In this document: piece after piece, positions 51,889 through 64,000 of the stretch
Layout of the letters: the number at the start of each line of letters is the position of its first letter
How positions within the stretch are numbered: the first letter of the stretch is position 1
NCBI GenBank assembly: GCA_965153455.1
Contig: OZ234493.1
Location: 2,542,001-2,606,000, forward strand
Reading direction: 5' to 3'
Source of the DNA: Sphagnum compactum
Taxonomy: Eukaryota
DNA: 64,000 nt
Program-made: the position numbers and the translations under genes
The notes under the pieces: model-generated
Told to the model about the DNA's origin: nothing
The model's database searches: none
The model's input: the letters and a program-made list of their open reading frames with translations, nothing else

Positions 51889-54291
51889 ATGAGAAACAAC
51901 AACGGAGAAGAAGATGATGACGATGATGGGGTGGTCGTCGTGGAAGCGACGGGAAATTTGGACGAGATTGTGGTGCTCAAGGCGTTGGATGCCGGAGCGG
52001 GGATTGCAATGAAGAAGAAGAAGAAGAAAGTCGTGGCGATCGCGGAGCAGGCATTATTTCCGCTCGGAAGTTGCAGAGAGGTGAATCATCAGAAGAGTAG
52101 TGTGCAGCAGCAGCAACAGCAAATGGGTGGTGGCAAGAATTTGGCATTGATCATGAAGTTGGCGATGGCGGACGAGACGAGGAGGCGGGTGGTGGCTGGG
52201 GCGACGGCGGCGGCGCCAGTGACGGACTTTTCGTCGGACAGGAGGCGACGGGTTCTGTGGAAGGAAGAGGAGAATGTTCAAGATTCTAGTTTCCTAGGGA
52301 CGGAGGATTTGGAAAAGGGCAGAGTGATGATTGAGGAGGAGGAGGAGGCGGCGGCGAGAAGAGAACAAGCAGGTAGGCACAACAACAACAACATCATCAT
52401 CCTCCCAGAGCATTGCAATGATCTGACGCTTACAGTAAATGCAGAAGGAGAAGATAGATCCTCAGTAGGTAATCAGAAGGTCGAAGGGAAAGGGAAGACG
52501 GATGACTGTAATAGCCTACTGCGAGACCGGGTTTGGGTGCTGGAAGAAGAGAACGGCAAGTTGCATAAGGAGCGAGCGGCGATGACCTTGAAGGAGACGG
52601 TTCTGAGGTACAAGGTAAGCGAGTTCGAGTCGCAAATGGAAGGGCATAGAAAGCGGGTGGATAGAGCAGAGAAGATTATAATGGAGCTACGCCATGAGGT
52701 GGTGCGGAGTAATACACAGGCGCGACAAGCAGAGTGGGAGCTTGAAGAGCTTCGGAAGGCGTGCACGGCAAAACAGAGAGAGAATCAAGACTTGCAGAAC
52801 TTGGTCGGGAGATTGCAAAAGCTTTGCGTGGATCATGAGAAGAGCATCCATGGCCTCCGTCAGGGACTCAAAGACGGCATGGATGGGAACAAGGAAGGCA
52901 GGATGACTCGGTTGCAAAGGGAGTTGCACAGGTTGAGTGGTGCGGAAATGAGTTTGCGTACTGAGCTGGAAGCTTCACGAAGCGAGAATGCAACTCTGAG
53001 GCGTGACATGAATGGCTTGTTGGATAGACTTTCTTCTGAGGAGAGTCACAGCACTGCCTACGTGAAGAAGGTAGAACAGGATTTGCGAGCCGAGATTGAC
53101 CGTGGACATGCCCAAGTTGCTGAAATGCAAGACGAGAACAATCTTCTCCTTGCCAAGCTGAAGCTAGTGATGAGAGAGAGACAGGACACTCGCGAAGCCT
53201 CCAGGGTTTCCAAAGCCATGTTTGCAGGAATAGAAGAAGAAAAGAGAAGCTTACAAGAAGAGGTAGCCAAAGGAAGGGATGTGTTGCAAGCTAGGGAAAG
53301 AGATTTGCAAGAGTTAGAAGAACAACTGGAGTTGCTCACAAAGAAAAATCAAATGTATCAGGCTGCATGCACACTGAGGGATAAGGCAGCAGCAGCTACA
53401 AATGGTTGTACTACTGTGAAGGAAAAGGAAAAGGAAATGCAAGAAGCTCAACAAATTGAGTCTGAGATGCGGCAGAGCCTTCAGGCCGCTGCACAGCAAT
53501 TGTCCAGCATGAATGAAAGGTTGGAAGCCTTGATGGATAAGCTCTCGGAGCGGGATGCACAGCTACAGGAAGCCAGGGCTGAAAGTGCAAGGAAGGATGA
53601 AATGATTCATGGATTAGAGCAGAGCCTCAGTAATCTTGCTAGAACTGTGGACAGTCAAAGCGCACGGCTAATGCGCCACACTAAGCAGAATGAGGATCTT
53701 ATCAATGTGATGCAATTGCAGGTCAAACAGATTGAGGATCTGCAGGTGCAAATTGCAGCAGCAGTTGACCGGAAAAACAAGGCAGAGAAACACCTGGAAC
53801 AAATGAATGAGCAGATGGAGGGCTGGCAGCAAGAGATACAATCACAGGACCTAAATTGCCACCTTCTTCGTGAAAAAGTGGAAACCTTAGAGGCAAAATT
53901 GCAGAAGTGCCACACCCAAATCACCTTGCTGCTTCAGAGTCGTGATGAGTTGTGCTCAGAGAAGGAGTTCTTACAACAGTCACTTTCTGATACCAGTCGC
54001 AGGATTGCCAAGCTTGAGCAACAGCTCACTGAGAAGGAAGAAGCAATCAAAGTGTTGGAAGCCAGTTTGGAGAAGAACTTGGAGCAGGTAGCAAAAGTGA
54101 ATGAAGAGATATGTCGTGTCTCAAAGGAGAGAAATGAGATGCAGCAGGAAGCAGAGGCAATGAGCAGAGAAGCACTTCGGACAAGTGTGGAGGTGGAAAT
54201 GTTGCAGAGGCGTGTGCAGCAGCTTGATGAAGATTTGCTGATCCGAGATGGGCAGATTGCAATTCTGCGATGCAGCATGGAAGAAAACTAG
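51889..54291 (+). CDS. Intronless 800-aa long coiled-coil protein, probably of the At3g55060/At2g39300-like plant family
   Basis: An uninterrupted 2403-nt ORF with E/Q/K/L/R heptad character. The motifs HEKSIHGLRQGL, LQRELHRLSGAEMSLRTELEASRSE and the C-terminal QLDEDLLIRDGQIAILR match my recollection of that family. Confidence 0.85.
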   Translation: MRNNNGEEDDDDDGVVVVEATGNLDEIVVLKALDAGAGIAMKKKKKKVVAIAEQALFPLGSCREVNHQKSSVQQQQQQMGGGKNLALIMKLAMADETRRRVVAGATAAAPVTDFSSDRRRRVLWKEEENVQDSSFLGTEDLEKGRVMIEEEEEAAARREQAGRHNNNNIIILPEHCNDLTLTVNAEGEDRSSVGNQKVEGKGKTDDCNSLLRDRVWVLEEENGKLHKERAAMTLKETVLRYKVSEFESQMEGHRKRVDRAEKIIMELRHEVVRSNTQARQAEWELEELRKACTAKQRENQDLQNLVGRLQKLCVDHEKSIHGLRQGLKDGMDGNKEGRMTRLQRELHRLSGAEMSLRTELEASRSENATLRRDMNGLLDRLSSEESHSTAYVKKVEQDLRAEIDRGHAQVAEMQDENNLLLAKLKLVMRERQDTREASRVSKAMFAGIEEEKRSLQEEVAKGRDVLQARERDLQELEEQLELLTKKNQMYQAACTLRDKAAAATNGCTTVKEKEKEMQEAQQIESEMRQSLQAAAQQLSSMNERLEALMDKLSERDAQLQEARAESARKDEMIHGLEQSLSNLARTVDSQSARLMRHTKQNEDLINVMQLQVKQIEDLQVQIAAAVDRKNKAEKHLEQMNEQMEGWQQEIQSQDLNCHLLREKVETLEAKLQKCHTQITLLLQSRDELCSEKEFLQQSLSDTSRRIAKLEQQLTEKEEAIKVLEASLEKNLEQVAKVNEEICRVSKERNEMQQEAEAMSREALRTSVEVEMLQRRVQQLDEDLLIRDGQIAILRCSMEEN

Positions 54292-56151
54292 GGAGGTTTT
54301 CCCCATCTATGATGAATCTAGCTTCTGAAGGTATTTGTACATAACTGATCTGACTTTGTGAGTTAGGTGGGCTTAGGGTTGTAAAGGCAAGTGCAGCACC
54401 ACACTGCTCAGATGTGGGCAGAATGCAATTTAAAGCTGAAGCTTTGAAGAAAAGTTAGCAAAGCCTTTTCCACTATTGACCATGCTAACTTCTGAGCAGA
54501 CTTGTACAATATTCAGCACAAGTTCATCACAGAAGAGTAGTCACTTCACTGAAAATGCATAGCCATGATTTTTTGTCCATTGAATTTCCCTGCACCCAAG
54601 AGTGTCAATTTGCTGAAAATGCATTTAAGAGCTCATTTGTGTTCATTGAGTTTCAATATACTCAGAGTTAGACATTGCCATCCAGTTTGGGTGCCAAAGG
54701 TAGTCTGTGGGTTGTGAATGAATAGAATATCCATGAACACTGGTGGATCGAGCAGATTAGGAGCAAGACAGCTGAGATTGATGACCCACAGTGGCACTGT
54801 ATTTTTATTAGTGATAGTCTGGCCTTCTTTGAGTGGGTTCAACTCTGTTTTGACATTGTTAGGATCCGTGGATTGCAAGCACTTTGGGCAAACTTGCTCC
54901 CCTTCAATGACCTGGAATAATGCAGAGCTTCAGATGCAAGATGAACAATAGATTGAAGGCTCTTTAAAACTCCTTTGTGTTGCAGCTTGCTGGAGAGCAA
55001 TAATTGAAGCCTATTTTTAGCTTCTGACATTGGTTGGATTGATATGGTTTTGGCTAATGAAATGTTCACCTTGACAAACTGTTGCACAAGAGCTGAGAAC
55101 TTGCAACATGAACAAACATTGGCTCCTGTTTCTGATTACCATATGTTGGTATGCCTCTTCGTAAAGCTTAACCACTTTACTACCATATTAAGTCTTTATC
55201 ACTAGATCAATGTCTAAGATGCTATAGTGCCGGTGATGGCATGGCAGACAAGCTGGGCATCTAAAAAGTAGGGGGTAGCTAAATGAGGTCAGATTTGTGA
55301 TATGACTACTTGCATGAATTGGAATCTGAATTGAAACCACACATAGTATATATTCAAGCATCATTTGTTGGAATTCAGTTTCTATTGAAAGAAATCATAT
55401 ACACTCTCATCAATACTTTCCTTGCCAAGGTTTCACATTTGCAAACACAATAGATCATCCCATAAGCTCACTCTTCAATCTATATATACATTCTCCCTGA
55501 TACTAATTCACATTGCAAAACCAGTAAACACCAAAATAAAACACCACTTTTCATCACAAAAAACTAAGTGATTAACCTCATGGAAACAAAACAACTTTCA
55601 CAAAAAAAAGCTAAGTTATTAACCTGTTGGAAACATCAACTTGAGAGAAAGAAGCATGCCTGACATTGGTGCTTAATCAAGGGGCCTGACATGGGTCCTT
55701 ATGTAAGGGGCCAAAATGTGGACTCTACTGCACTTTACAATAGAAAACCCCAGTGCTTGTTGGTGTTAAGAGCATGACAAAGTTCTGCCATCACCTTTAC
55801 ATAGGGGTAGTAATAGCATGGGGAACAGATTACTGTGCTAAAACACATCTTCAGAGCTCAGCCAACATGAGCAATAGTTTGTTTTATTAGGGTGGTAATC
55901 TAGAATGAACTCTAAGTGAAAGAGTCAATTGTCTATGGTCAAAATGTTTGGGTACTTTTGAGCATGAAGTAATCTAAGTCCATCACCAAAATGTGGCTGG
56001 ACTTCTTTGTAGATGTGGGGAGGGGTTAAGATACTCAGACTCGAAGAAGAATCTTACAACATGGCAGTATAGTAAGCTTTATAATTTTGAAGCTTATAAA
56101 TTGTTCTGGATTCAAATAGCGTAAAGTCACATTTTATGCAGGGTTTGTGCC

Positions 56152-59100
56152 TCATGCTCTCATAGGGCTCATGTCCATCGGATAACTGCCCAAAACTCTC
56201 AGAAAAATTGCAAACTCCTGCACATTATACACAATTCAATAAGAGTCAGAATGTGGTGTTTGTTTGTTTGAAGCAATTTCAAACTGGCAAACATCATATT
56301 ATTTATGGTGTGCTTTGAGGGCCTTAAAAAGTGAACCAGAACAGACCTTTTTCATGATATTTGAAACAGGTCAGTTCTTAAGAGGGTTTAGGGTTTAGGA
56401 CTTAGGATTATGGAAATTGGATTTGAAAAACAAATTGGTGAGAAAGAAAACACAGATGTATATAATTTGTTGTACCTGCAGATGCCCAAGAGCATTTTGT
56501 GCTCGTGAGTCAGCCATGGATGCCTCAAAATCAATGTAAAAGAGGTAGTCAAAATACCTACAATCGAACCACCAAAGGTAATATGAATAAACACACTGGA
56601 AACCCACTTAATTAGTATCTCAATCACACTAATCCATCTAACCACAAGTTTTTGAGCTAAAACCACCAGATCCCTTATGCTGAAACCAAGCTTTTATACC
56701 ATCATCCCTGAGACAAGTGCAGATGAGAATAAGACAGGAGTGGGATATATACTTGGCAGTGCCATTGTTGCTGTCATCAACAATGCGGAGAGGCCTCTTT
56801 CGTTGAGGTCGGCTTTCAATCTGTGAATGCATAAAGGTAAAAGCTATTTAAGGCCTTGTAAGAAAGCATTTTCAGAACCATCAGAAACCATGGGAGTTTC
56901 TGAAAGCATGGAATGAGATGAGGTTGTGTATGAAAAAATTAAGTTCTGGAAAACTTGGAGACTTTTTAACCTTTGTCAGGTTGATGTTTCGTAGTGAGAA
57001 ACACGAAAGTGCCCTGAACAAGACTCCAGGGCCCTCCTCCAATGTAAATACAATACTAGTCTGCAGAGAAAGTAAATAAAGTAGTACAAAATTAGCAACA
57101 TTTTGGATCAATTGGGTTTTCCTCTGTTGGAAGCAAAATGCCATTTCAGAATTGAAAAAGTGCTGCAGACAAAAAGCACATCATCTAGTTCACAGTGAGA
57201 ACAGCAAAAAGACCTTAAATGGTCTGTCGTTTCTTGGAATAACTGGCTCCCTTGCCAGCATGAGGAACCGGGTGACATTGTCACAATCATCCTGTATCAC
57301 AACCCAACTGTCAAATTGAGCAAAACCTACTAGATCTTTTTACATTTAAGCCATTGAATGTTGGTTTCCTATGTCTGCCCTATCAGAAAAAATTGCTAAG
57401 ACACACCACATAAACATTAACTTAAAAAGCAGGAGCAAAATGACCAAAAGAAAAAGGAGAAAACCTGGATCCCATCCATTAAAATTTCAAGACCATAAAT
57501 CTCAGCTGCACGAGCACTTGCAACTGCTCCTGTGTCCCGGAGATTATGAGTGGAAATGAACTGCATCCCCAACCACCTTATAAGATGAGCATCCCCTTAC
57601 CCACTTGTCTAATCAATCCCACTCTACAGGTTTCCAGAATCATTGACGTACTACAAAGACATGAGGTGTATGTAATATAGAGGACTGTGTATACTTACTT
57701 GTGCTGCTCCTGCTGTATCATCAACAGCCTCCCGAGCACAACCTTCTAGTTTGGACAAGGTATGTTCACATTGAGCAAGAGCCTGCAGCATGGTCATCAC
57801 AGCAAAAAGCCAAAACTGTCAATCAGGTGACTGTTCTACACAGACCACAGTATACAAAATCTTTCGGAAATTCTGAGCCAGAAAATTCCAGAAGTTAGAT
57901 TCTGACCCAGAAAATTCCAGAAATTTGATCCTGCCCCAGAAAATTCCAGCAGTTAAAAGTTTGACCCCGAAAAGTTCCAGATGTTAAATATTTGACCCAG
58001 AGAATTCTGACCGAGCTTTGGGTATACCTACTGTACAAGGGTCAAAGTGGGTTGTGATGAATACGATGATGATACCTGTGGATGGCTCACCACTCGTCGC
58101 AGCTCTTCCTTTTTCACACCTGGAATTGCTAACAGGCAATGATGGACTGCTAGTTGGACTTCCCCTACTATATGCAGGCGGTGGCGCAGGAGAAGGTCAT
58201 AATTTCGGTGGATACTTCCGCCCAAGGAATTCTCTATTGGTAGTACAGCTCTGTCAACTAACCACAGCTCCACTGCCTGGACAGAATTTTAGAGCTTATT
58301 TTTAAGGCATCATCATGTTATGTAAATAACCTCAGAGTGCTGCAGGCTCAGACAAACATGAAAAAAGGATTTTCTTTTTTGTGGTGGATTTGGAAGAAAT
58401 GGCATCAAATTTGGCAACAAACTTGCATGTGAACTCAAGCAGACTACACCACAAAAAGAAAAAAACGGGTTTCTCAAATTTATAGTCTCCATACTCCTTG
58501 ATCACCAAAGCTAAAATTATACAAATTTACAATTCTAAAAGCCTACCTGGAAAGCAGCGTCAAACTGTTCACATGGTACAGCTTCACATTGTGGGTATGC
58601 CTTGGCAGCTGCTGCCTCACTATAAGCCCCAGGAACCCCCTGCCAAAAAATTACAACCAGAACCCAAAATCTCTCAAGTTACACAATCCCAAAAGGAAAA
58701 AACACAGTACTAATCTGAAACAATGAAGGAATCTTTCAGTGTTTTGAGCAGGAGTGCAAAAATAAAATAATAAAAGAAAAACATTCCACAGGTTTAACAT
58801 CAAGTCCATGCCAAAAGTTTGTAGCTTTTTCAGTTCGGGTTTAGCAGTTGGGCATCGGTACTGCACGTTTTTGTATGCTCAAAGCAGGTCTAACTTCTTG
58901 CTGACTGACATTCAATGGAAAAATCCAGTTATATAGAGCCTTGGAACAAATCAAAATCAAGAACCGGATTATGAAATTTTGCTTACTTGATATGCCACAC
59001 GCAAGTCAGATCCATGCCTCGGAGGTAGTGCTAAATCCATGACTGACAAAGGCCCTGTGTAAAAGACAATTTGGAAAAAAAGATCCAACATTCCATGAAC

Positions 59101-59808
59101 TTCATCACCATGCCAATCGAGGGTTCTGTCAGATTGTGTATTGCTCTATTGCTGCAGAAACATGGGCTTTTTTCTCTTGCAATTTTAAGTTCCTCGCTGT
59201 TCCATTTTCTCTGAAACTGAAGAGTAAAAAGAAAGAGCCTTTGCGAGTGAGCCACATTCCACAGTTTTCCCTCCCACCCATGTAACCCATTTCTCGAAGA
59301 AATTTACTCTGGATATTCCCAAGTGACTGGGATTGAAAAACCATGATCCAAAAGAATCCCCAGCAGAAGAAGAAAAAGAAGAAGAAGAAGAGAAGAAGTA
59401 TCCATAGGCTGGTGGCTTACTTGGAAGTTGAAGGCTGACCAAATCCTTGGTGGAAACTTCTGGAGGCCGTGAACCATTCACAGATTGTAAGCTGCTCTCT
59501 GTGGTTTTCTCTTGTTCCACTTTTCTGAGCACAGGCCCAGAAGAAGAAGAAGATGATGGTGAAGAAGAAGAAGATTGCCACTGTGGTGGTGTTGGTCCTG
59601 TGATTTGCTCAAGTAAGGAGCTGGAAGCAGGCCACAAGTTCTGACTACATGCCCTCCACTGCACATGATGATGATGATCATTCTTCCTCATCACCTTCAC
59701 TGCCTTCGAACCACTACCCACTGCACCAGCACCAGCTGCAAGACTGCCAGCAAACATGGTGGATTCCACTGCCCCCCCCAGTGCAAGATTGCTACCCACC
59801 ACCATCAT
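56152..59808 (-). CDS. ADT: Arogenate/prephenate dehydratase (intron-rich ADT1/ADT2 type), 437 aa, with a probable plastid transit peptide
   Basis: 11 GT-AG exons: 59808-59421, 59054-58987 (LRVAYQ), 58639-58547 (GVPGAYSE), 58276-58076 ([21 protein letters not shown]...SHPQ), 57782-57699, 57560-57465, 57291-57214 (NVTRFLML), 57060-56971 ([15 protein letters not shown]), 56820-56753 (IESRP), 56557-56476 ([12 protein letters not shown]), 56217-56152 ([12 protein letters not shown]). The sum is 1314 nt, in frame. Confidence 0.97.
57868..58012. repeat. ~30-bp tandem repeat (about 5 copies) in ADT intron 4
   Basis: tgacccagaaaattccagaagtt-like units repeated head to tail. Confidence 0.9.
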
Positions 59809-61239
59809 GGCCTAGTAGTAGTGCACACTGCAGACCCTTTCTTCCTCAAGCAAATCTTCCCCTTGAAATCCTCCTCCTCTCTCACAGACCCACAAGCTTC
59901 AATTTTCCCTCCTCCTCCCCTCAAGCTTTTCCTCTTCTCCCGCCCACCCACCCACCCACAACAAAATGCAAACTCCCAATTCTCAACAAACCTCCAAAGG
60001 CTAACAGAATTCAGAAGTTTTCCAACTTTGCAGTTGTAGCCTAAAGGAAGGAGCTCTCCAGACTTGACCCAAAACTGATGCTCCTGTGAAAAAACTCAGT
60101 GTCTACAAATCCCAGAAACATGTCAGAAAAAAAGATAGAATTCTTTTTTTTGGGTTTGTCCTTCAGAAAAAATTTCCTCCACTTCTCTCTTTTGTTCAAA
60201 AGACCACAAGTCAGTGCTATATAGCCCTTTTTTCCTTCAATTCACAAGCAGTGCAAACTCTCTCTTTTGCTCCTCCTTCTCTTCCTCTTCCTCCTCTTGG
60301 TCTTCTTGTTGTTCTTTTTCTTCTTGAGCTCACAAATGGTGGGAGCTTAAAAGTGTCATTGCAGGCCACAAGGGAAGGAAGGAGTAAGGACTTAGGAGGA
60401 GTGAGGGAGAGAAACATACACAGAAAAGAAAAGAGGGGGGGGAGGATTGGAGAAGTAAAGAGGCAAGCCAAAGGAAAGGAAAGGAAAGGCAAAAGGAAGA
60501 CTTGACTGAAGACTGAGGACCAGACTAGAGAAAGGCATTCTTTGTGGGGAGTGCTTCTGTTTTAACCAACACCCACTCAAAGCAACAAAATTAGGTAGGG
60601 TCTTATTATTTATTATAATTGTACATGACAGTTTTATACCTTACAATACTACTGTTGGTTGATTTTGAATTTTTTTAAACTTTTAAAAAAAAAAAAAGGA
60701 GCAGAGATTATTTTTCCCCATCAAATTTTGTCTCTTTTTTTTTTTGAACCCCAAGAGTCAATTCTTCTTTAGGTTTTTTTAGAAAAATCCAGTTTTCAAT
60801 CAACTAATTTTGCTATTTTTTGAGGGAAAAAAATTGCCAATTGTCAAGTCATCACAAAATTGGAAAAAAAGGAAAACCCTACTCTAAATCTTTTGTAGGG
60901 TACACCTACCTAAAATCTTGTTGCACCCTTTTAAAGCTACAAACACGTTTTGGGCTTTTAGTTTTAATAATTTATATTAAAGGTTTATTTTTGGAAAAAG
61001 AATGCATGACTTAGTAGACACAAAACATCTAGAATTATACCCTTTGGGTGTGAAAAAAAAAGGGGTACAACAAACCCTTTCCCCATTCCTTTCTTTTTTA
61101 AAAAGAAAAAAAAAAAGAAAAAAAACTCCTCACTAGTTAGTTGTGTTTACACATGTTTGGGTAAAGCACCAAGGTTGTTCTTACACCTTAAAACTATTCA
61201 AGAGTGCTCGGTTTAAGTTTTCATGTGTTGGTGCTCAGT

Positions 61240-61579
61240 ATGTATGAGATCCTGCACAGTACAACAATTAGATGAAAAAAAGTCAAAATATGGCAGTTCC
61301 GCTCAGTACAATTGCACTGCTTTCTTCTGTGGCTGGTAAAAGGCGCAGCAAGCAACGTTGTGCACCTCTGCAGAAAAGAGTGTAATAAATTTGACCTGAC
61401 TGCTGCTCAGTGTTTCTGATTGTCCCATCATAATGATCGGTCCAGGTGGTTTGCTATCAGTAGTCCCCCACGTATTTGTTGTACCGGTTTCAATTTTATG
61501 GGTGGCGTTGCAAAAGTAAACAACTAAACTTGGATATTTTTGCAGGGTCACATACTAAGCACTGCTGGAGACGCTCTAA
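61240..61579. mobile_element. Probable truncated PIF/Harbinger (Tourist-like) MITE
   Basis: The right end reads CTGCTGGAGACGCTC followed by TAA (61577-61579), matching Tourist-type termini and the TAA target site. No matching left terminus was found. Confidence 0.5.
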
Positions 61580-63744
61580 GTAAGTAAGTATCCTGCATAA
61601 GTAACTAAGGAGGTACATCGCGTGTAAGTGGTTACTATGTGGGTAAGTAAAAGTAAGGCACTTGGTGGTTTATTAGGTAGGTAGATGCATGTGGATGTTT
61701 GGTAAATAGCTAACCACCATGGTTAACTATGGGAGATGGTTAACTATGAGAGAGAAATACAATGAAAAAAAGTGTTCCCTGTTCACATTTCATCCATCCT
61801 GCATGGTGTGCTGGTTTGGTCTGGCCTCCATTTTAGTCGTTACACTTTGCCTTTGAATTGAGACAATTTTTGAAAGAGTGATTGACAGACAAATTCTGAA
61901 CATAACCAAAAGTGAAATATTTGAAGACTGCAACAATCCATCCATCTGTGATGCCTAAGCAATTTATTTGCCAAATCAAGTTTGGTGTAAAGAGAACCTC
62001 GATGTGAAAAATATAATGAAAAACCATAGCTTCTTCTAGATTAGAATAAATCCACTTAACCATGCTAGAACGGAGATTACTATAGCATAGGGTTAGTTTT
62101 CACATGGACGTAAAGAATTTTTTTAAAATTTAAAAATAATAAATTTTTTATGAACTTGAAATTTTATTTTTTTCAGGATCTACTTATCATATTGTCATAT
62201 GAGGAGTGAAATTATTCAGATTGAAGCCAAATCTAATTATGACGGTTTTCAACAACAACACTACCACATGTAGCCAATTTAGTGACATTATTGGAGCACT
62301 TTTCTAAAGGAACACTTTCAATTGCATTAAAGTAAGTTAGGGGAAAAAAACGTTTTTTTTTCCAATCTAGCACCGAGGTTCTCTCTCGCCCCACACCCCC
62401 CCCCCACCAAAAAAAAATTCTTGCAAAGTCATTAAAATCCAAAGAGGAGAAATTCAGAGAACAGAGGGGGATGGTGGTCATTGTCTCTTTTTCTTTTCTT
62501 TCTACTTGTTTGGTCACTTTTTTTTGGGGCGGGTTTTTTGGGAAGTCAAGTTCGACCAGAGCAAACCTGACTTGCAAAACCACGTTCGGTCAAAATGGAC
62601 ACCACTCAACACTGGGTATATACGAATTGTAAGAAAGTGTAAAAGACGAGAGGAGGTCTTGCTTGACCAAGGCCCCTCAAATGGGCCCGTGGCAATAGGT
62701 GAAAATTGATTGACGGCACATAAGAGTCTAGTTACGGAATTGCACATTGGGACTACTACAAGGTCAAAAGTTAGATGCCTACAAATAATATATTATTAAC
62801 AACTTAGGTTATAGAGATTTCACAACATTAGGGTTTTTTAAAAATTCCTTTAGGGCGGGCTTTTTTGAAATAGTTTTGTACAACCTCAAGCTTTCTTTGC
62901 TTGACTCTAGGGTGAGGATATATTTTTTCATATGGGTTTGTGGTTTTCCCATATGAAAAAAAGGAGAAAAAAGACAACCCTAAACAAATGGGTAGTTCAA
63001 AAATTGGAAGAGACATAGGTTACATACCTTAAGGTCAAGAAAACTCAAGCTTTACAGTTTGGACATAGTTGAAGATTTGAGACCTTTTCTTTCTTTCTTT
63101 CTTGTTGTTTCTTGCCTTCTTTTGGGGGTGAGAACAAGAAATCTCTGTGTACTAGGGTGGAAGTTTGAGACCTTTGAGACAATTGGTCAAATGTGTCAAG
63201 CAATGCATGGAAAGTATTACGAAATGTCATGACCAAAAACAACAACTTGTGAGGGCCGCATTTGAAATAGCAAATTTGGCAATCTTTAATGGTAATTCCC
63301 AAGATGTGTGCCCTTTACATAATACATCTTTCTCCTTCTTTTTTGGTTTTTGGCATAAACGGACAAAATACATTGCCAAGAGAAAGAGAGAGAACCAATA
63401 CAAGAGAGAGAGCTACATAGTATATCTTTGAAGAGGTTTAAGGGGAGTATAAGGGGATAGGGTGTAAGGGGAGTATGAGAAAAAAAGGATGAAAAAGAAA
63501 GGGCAAAGAGTAGCATAGGAAGAGCTCTAGAAGTACACTCCTAAGCACGCACACACTCCTTCCAATTGGTAGTAGTCTTTTGAGTTAAGAGTTAGGACAA
63601 CTTTTGCAAAGCAGATTTTACATTAGAAAAAGGGTTTCAAAATTGGGTGTCAAAAATCACCCATTTTCACACACTCTCTCTCTCCCAATTACATGAATCC
63701 AGCCCCCACCAACTATGAGCCCACAAATGGAATATACACTTTGA

Positions 63745-63957
63745 ACGAGATGGATGACGCACGAACGGATGGAAAGCTTCATTTCATCCTGACAAACAAC
63801 CACGACGTCCTTTACTATATAGAATTTGTTCTGTTTGGATGAATGACGGGATGGATGACGGACGGACGGATGGAAAGCTTTTTTTCATCCCGACAGAAAG
63901 CTTCATTTCATCCCAGCAAAAAGCTTCATTTCATCCCGACGTCCTTTACTATATAGA
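63745..63957. repeat. Two-unit duplication with internal aagcttcatttcatcc repeats
   Basis: ggatgacg...cggatggaaagctt...ttcatcc...cgacgtcctttactatataga occurs twice, ending at 63822 and 63957. Confidence 0.8.
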
Positions 63958-64000
63958 AGTACTTAAATATGTACATACTTTGCGGGTGGGGCCTTTGGAC

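Noticed and set aside
57868-58012. 30-bp repeats as a CRISPR or regulatory array
   Set aside because: Head-to-tail intronic minisatellite with no spacers.
59185-59420. C-terminal part of the 207-aa ORF 59185-59808 as coding sequence
   Set aside because: It reads through the CCAA|GTAAGC donor at 59420 into ADT intron 1; the spliced frame continues at 59054.

Overview
Eukaryotic, intron-rich land-plant DNA. It is most likely a moss, probably Sphagnum; this is inferred from a flagellar kinesin-II accessory gene and the style of the AT-rich repeats, not proven. Four conventional genes can be spliced by hand: (1) the 5' part of a P2B-type Ca2+-ATPase (ACA) on the minus strand, about 4012 to <1; (2) a very large MBD9-like chromatin protein on the minus strand, 38114-22717, about 3,200 aa; (3) an intronless 800-aa coiled-coil gene on the plus strand, 51889-54291; (4) an 11-exon arogenate/prephenate dehydratase (ADT) on the minus strand, 59808-56152, 437 aa. 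The AT-rich block at about 5.2-21.6 kb looks empty in the ORF track. It contains a near-complete, roughly 20-exon homologue of the kinesin-associated protein KAP3/FLA3 (intraflagellar transport) on the plus strand, with several disabling lesions, and head-to-head with it an unidentified decayed multi-exon gene. The block at about 40-51 kb contains a decayed hAT transposase with a nested insertion and several minisatellites. I found no rRNA, tRNA or CRISPR array. All protein assignments come from remembered family motifs; no database search was run.
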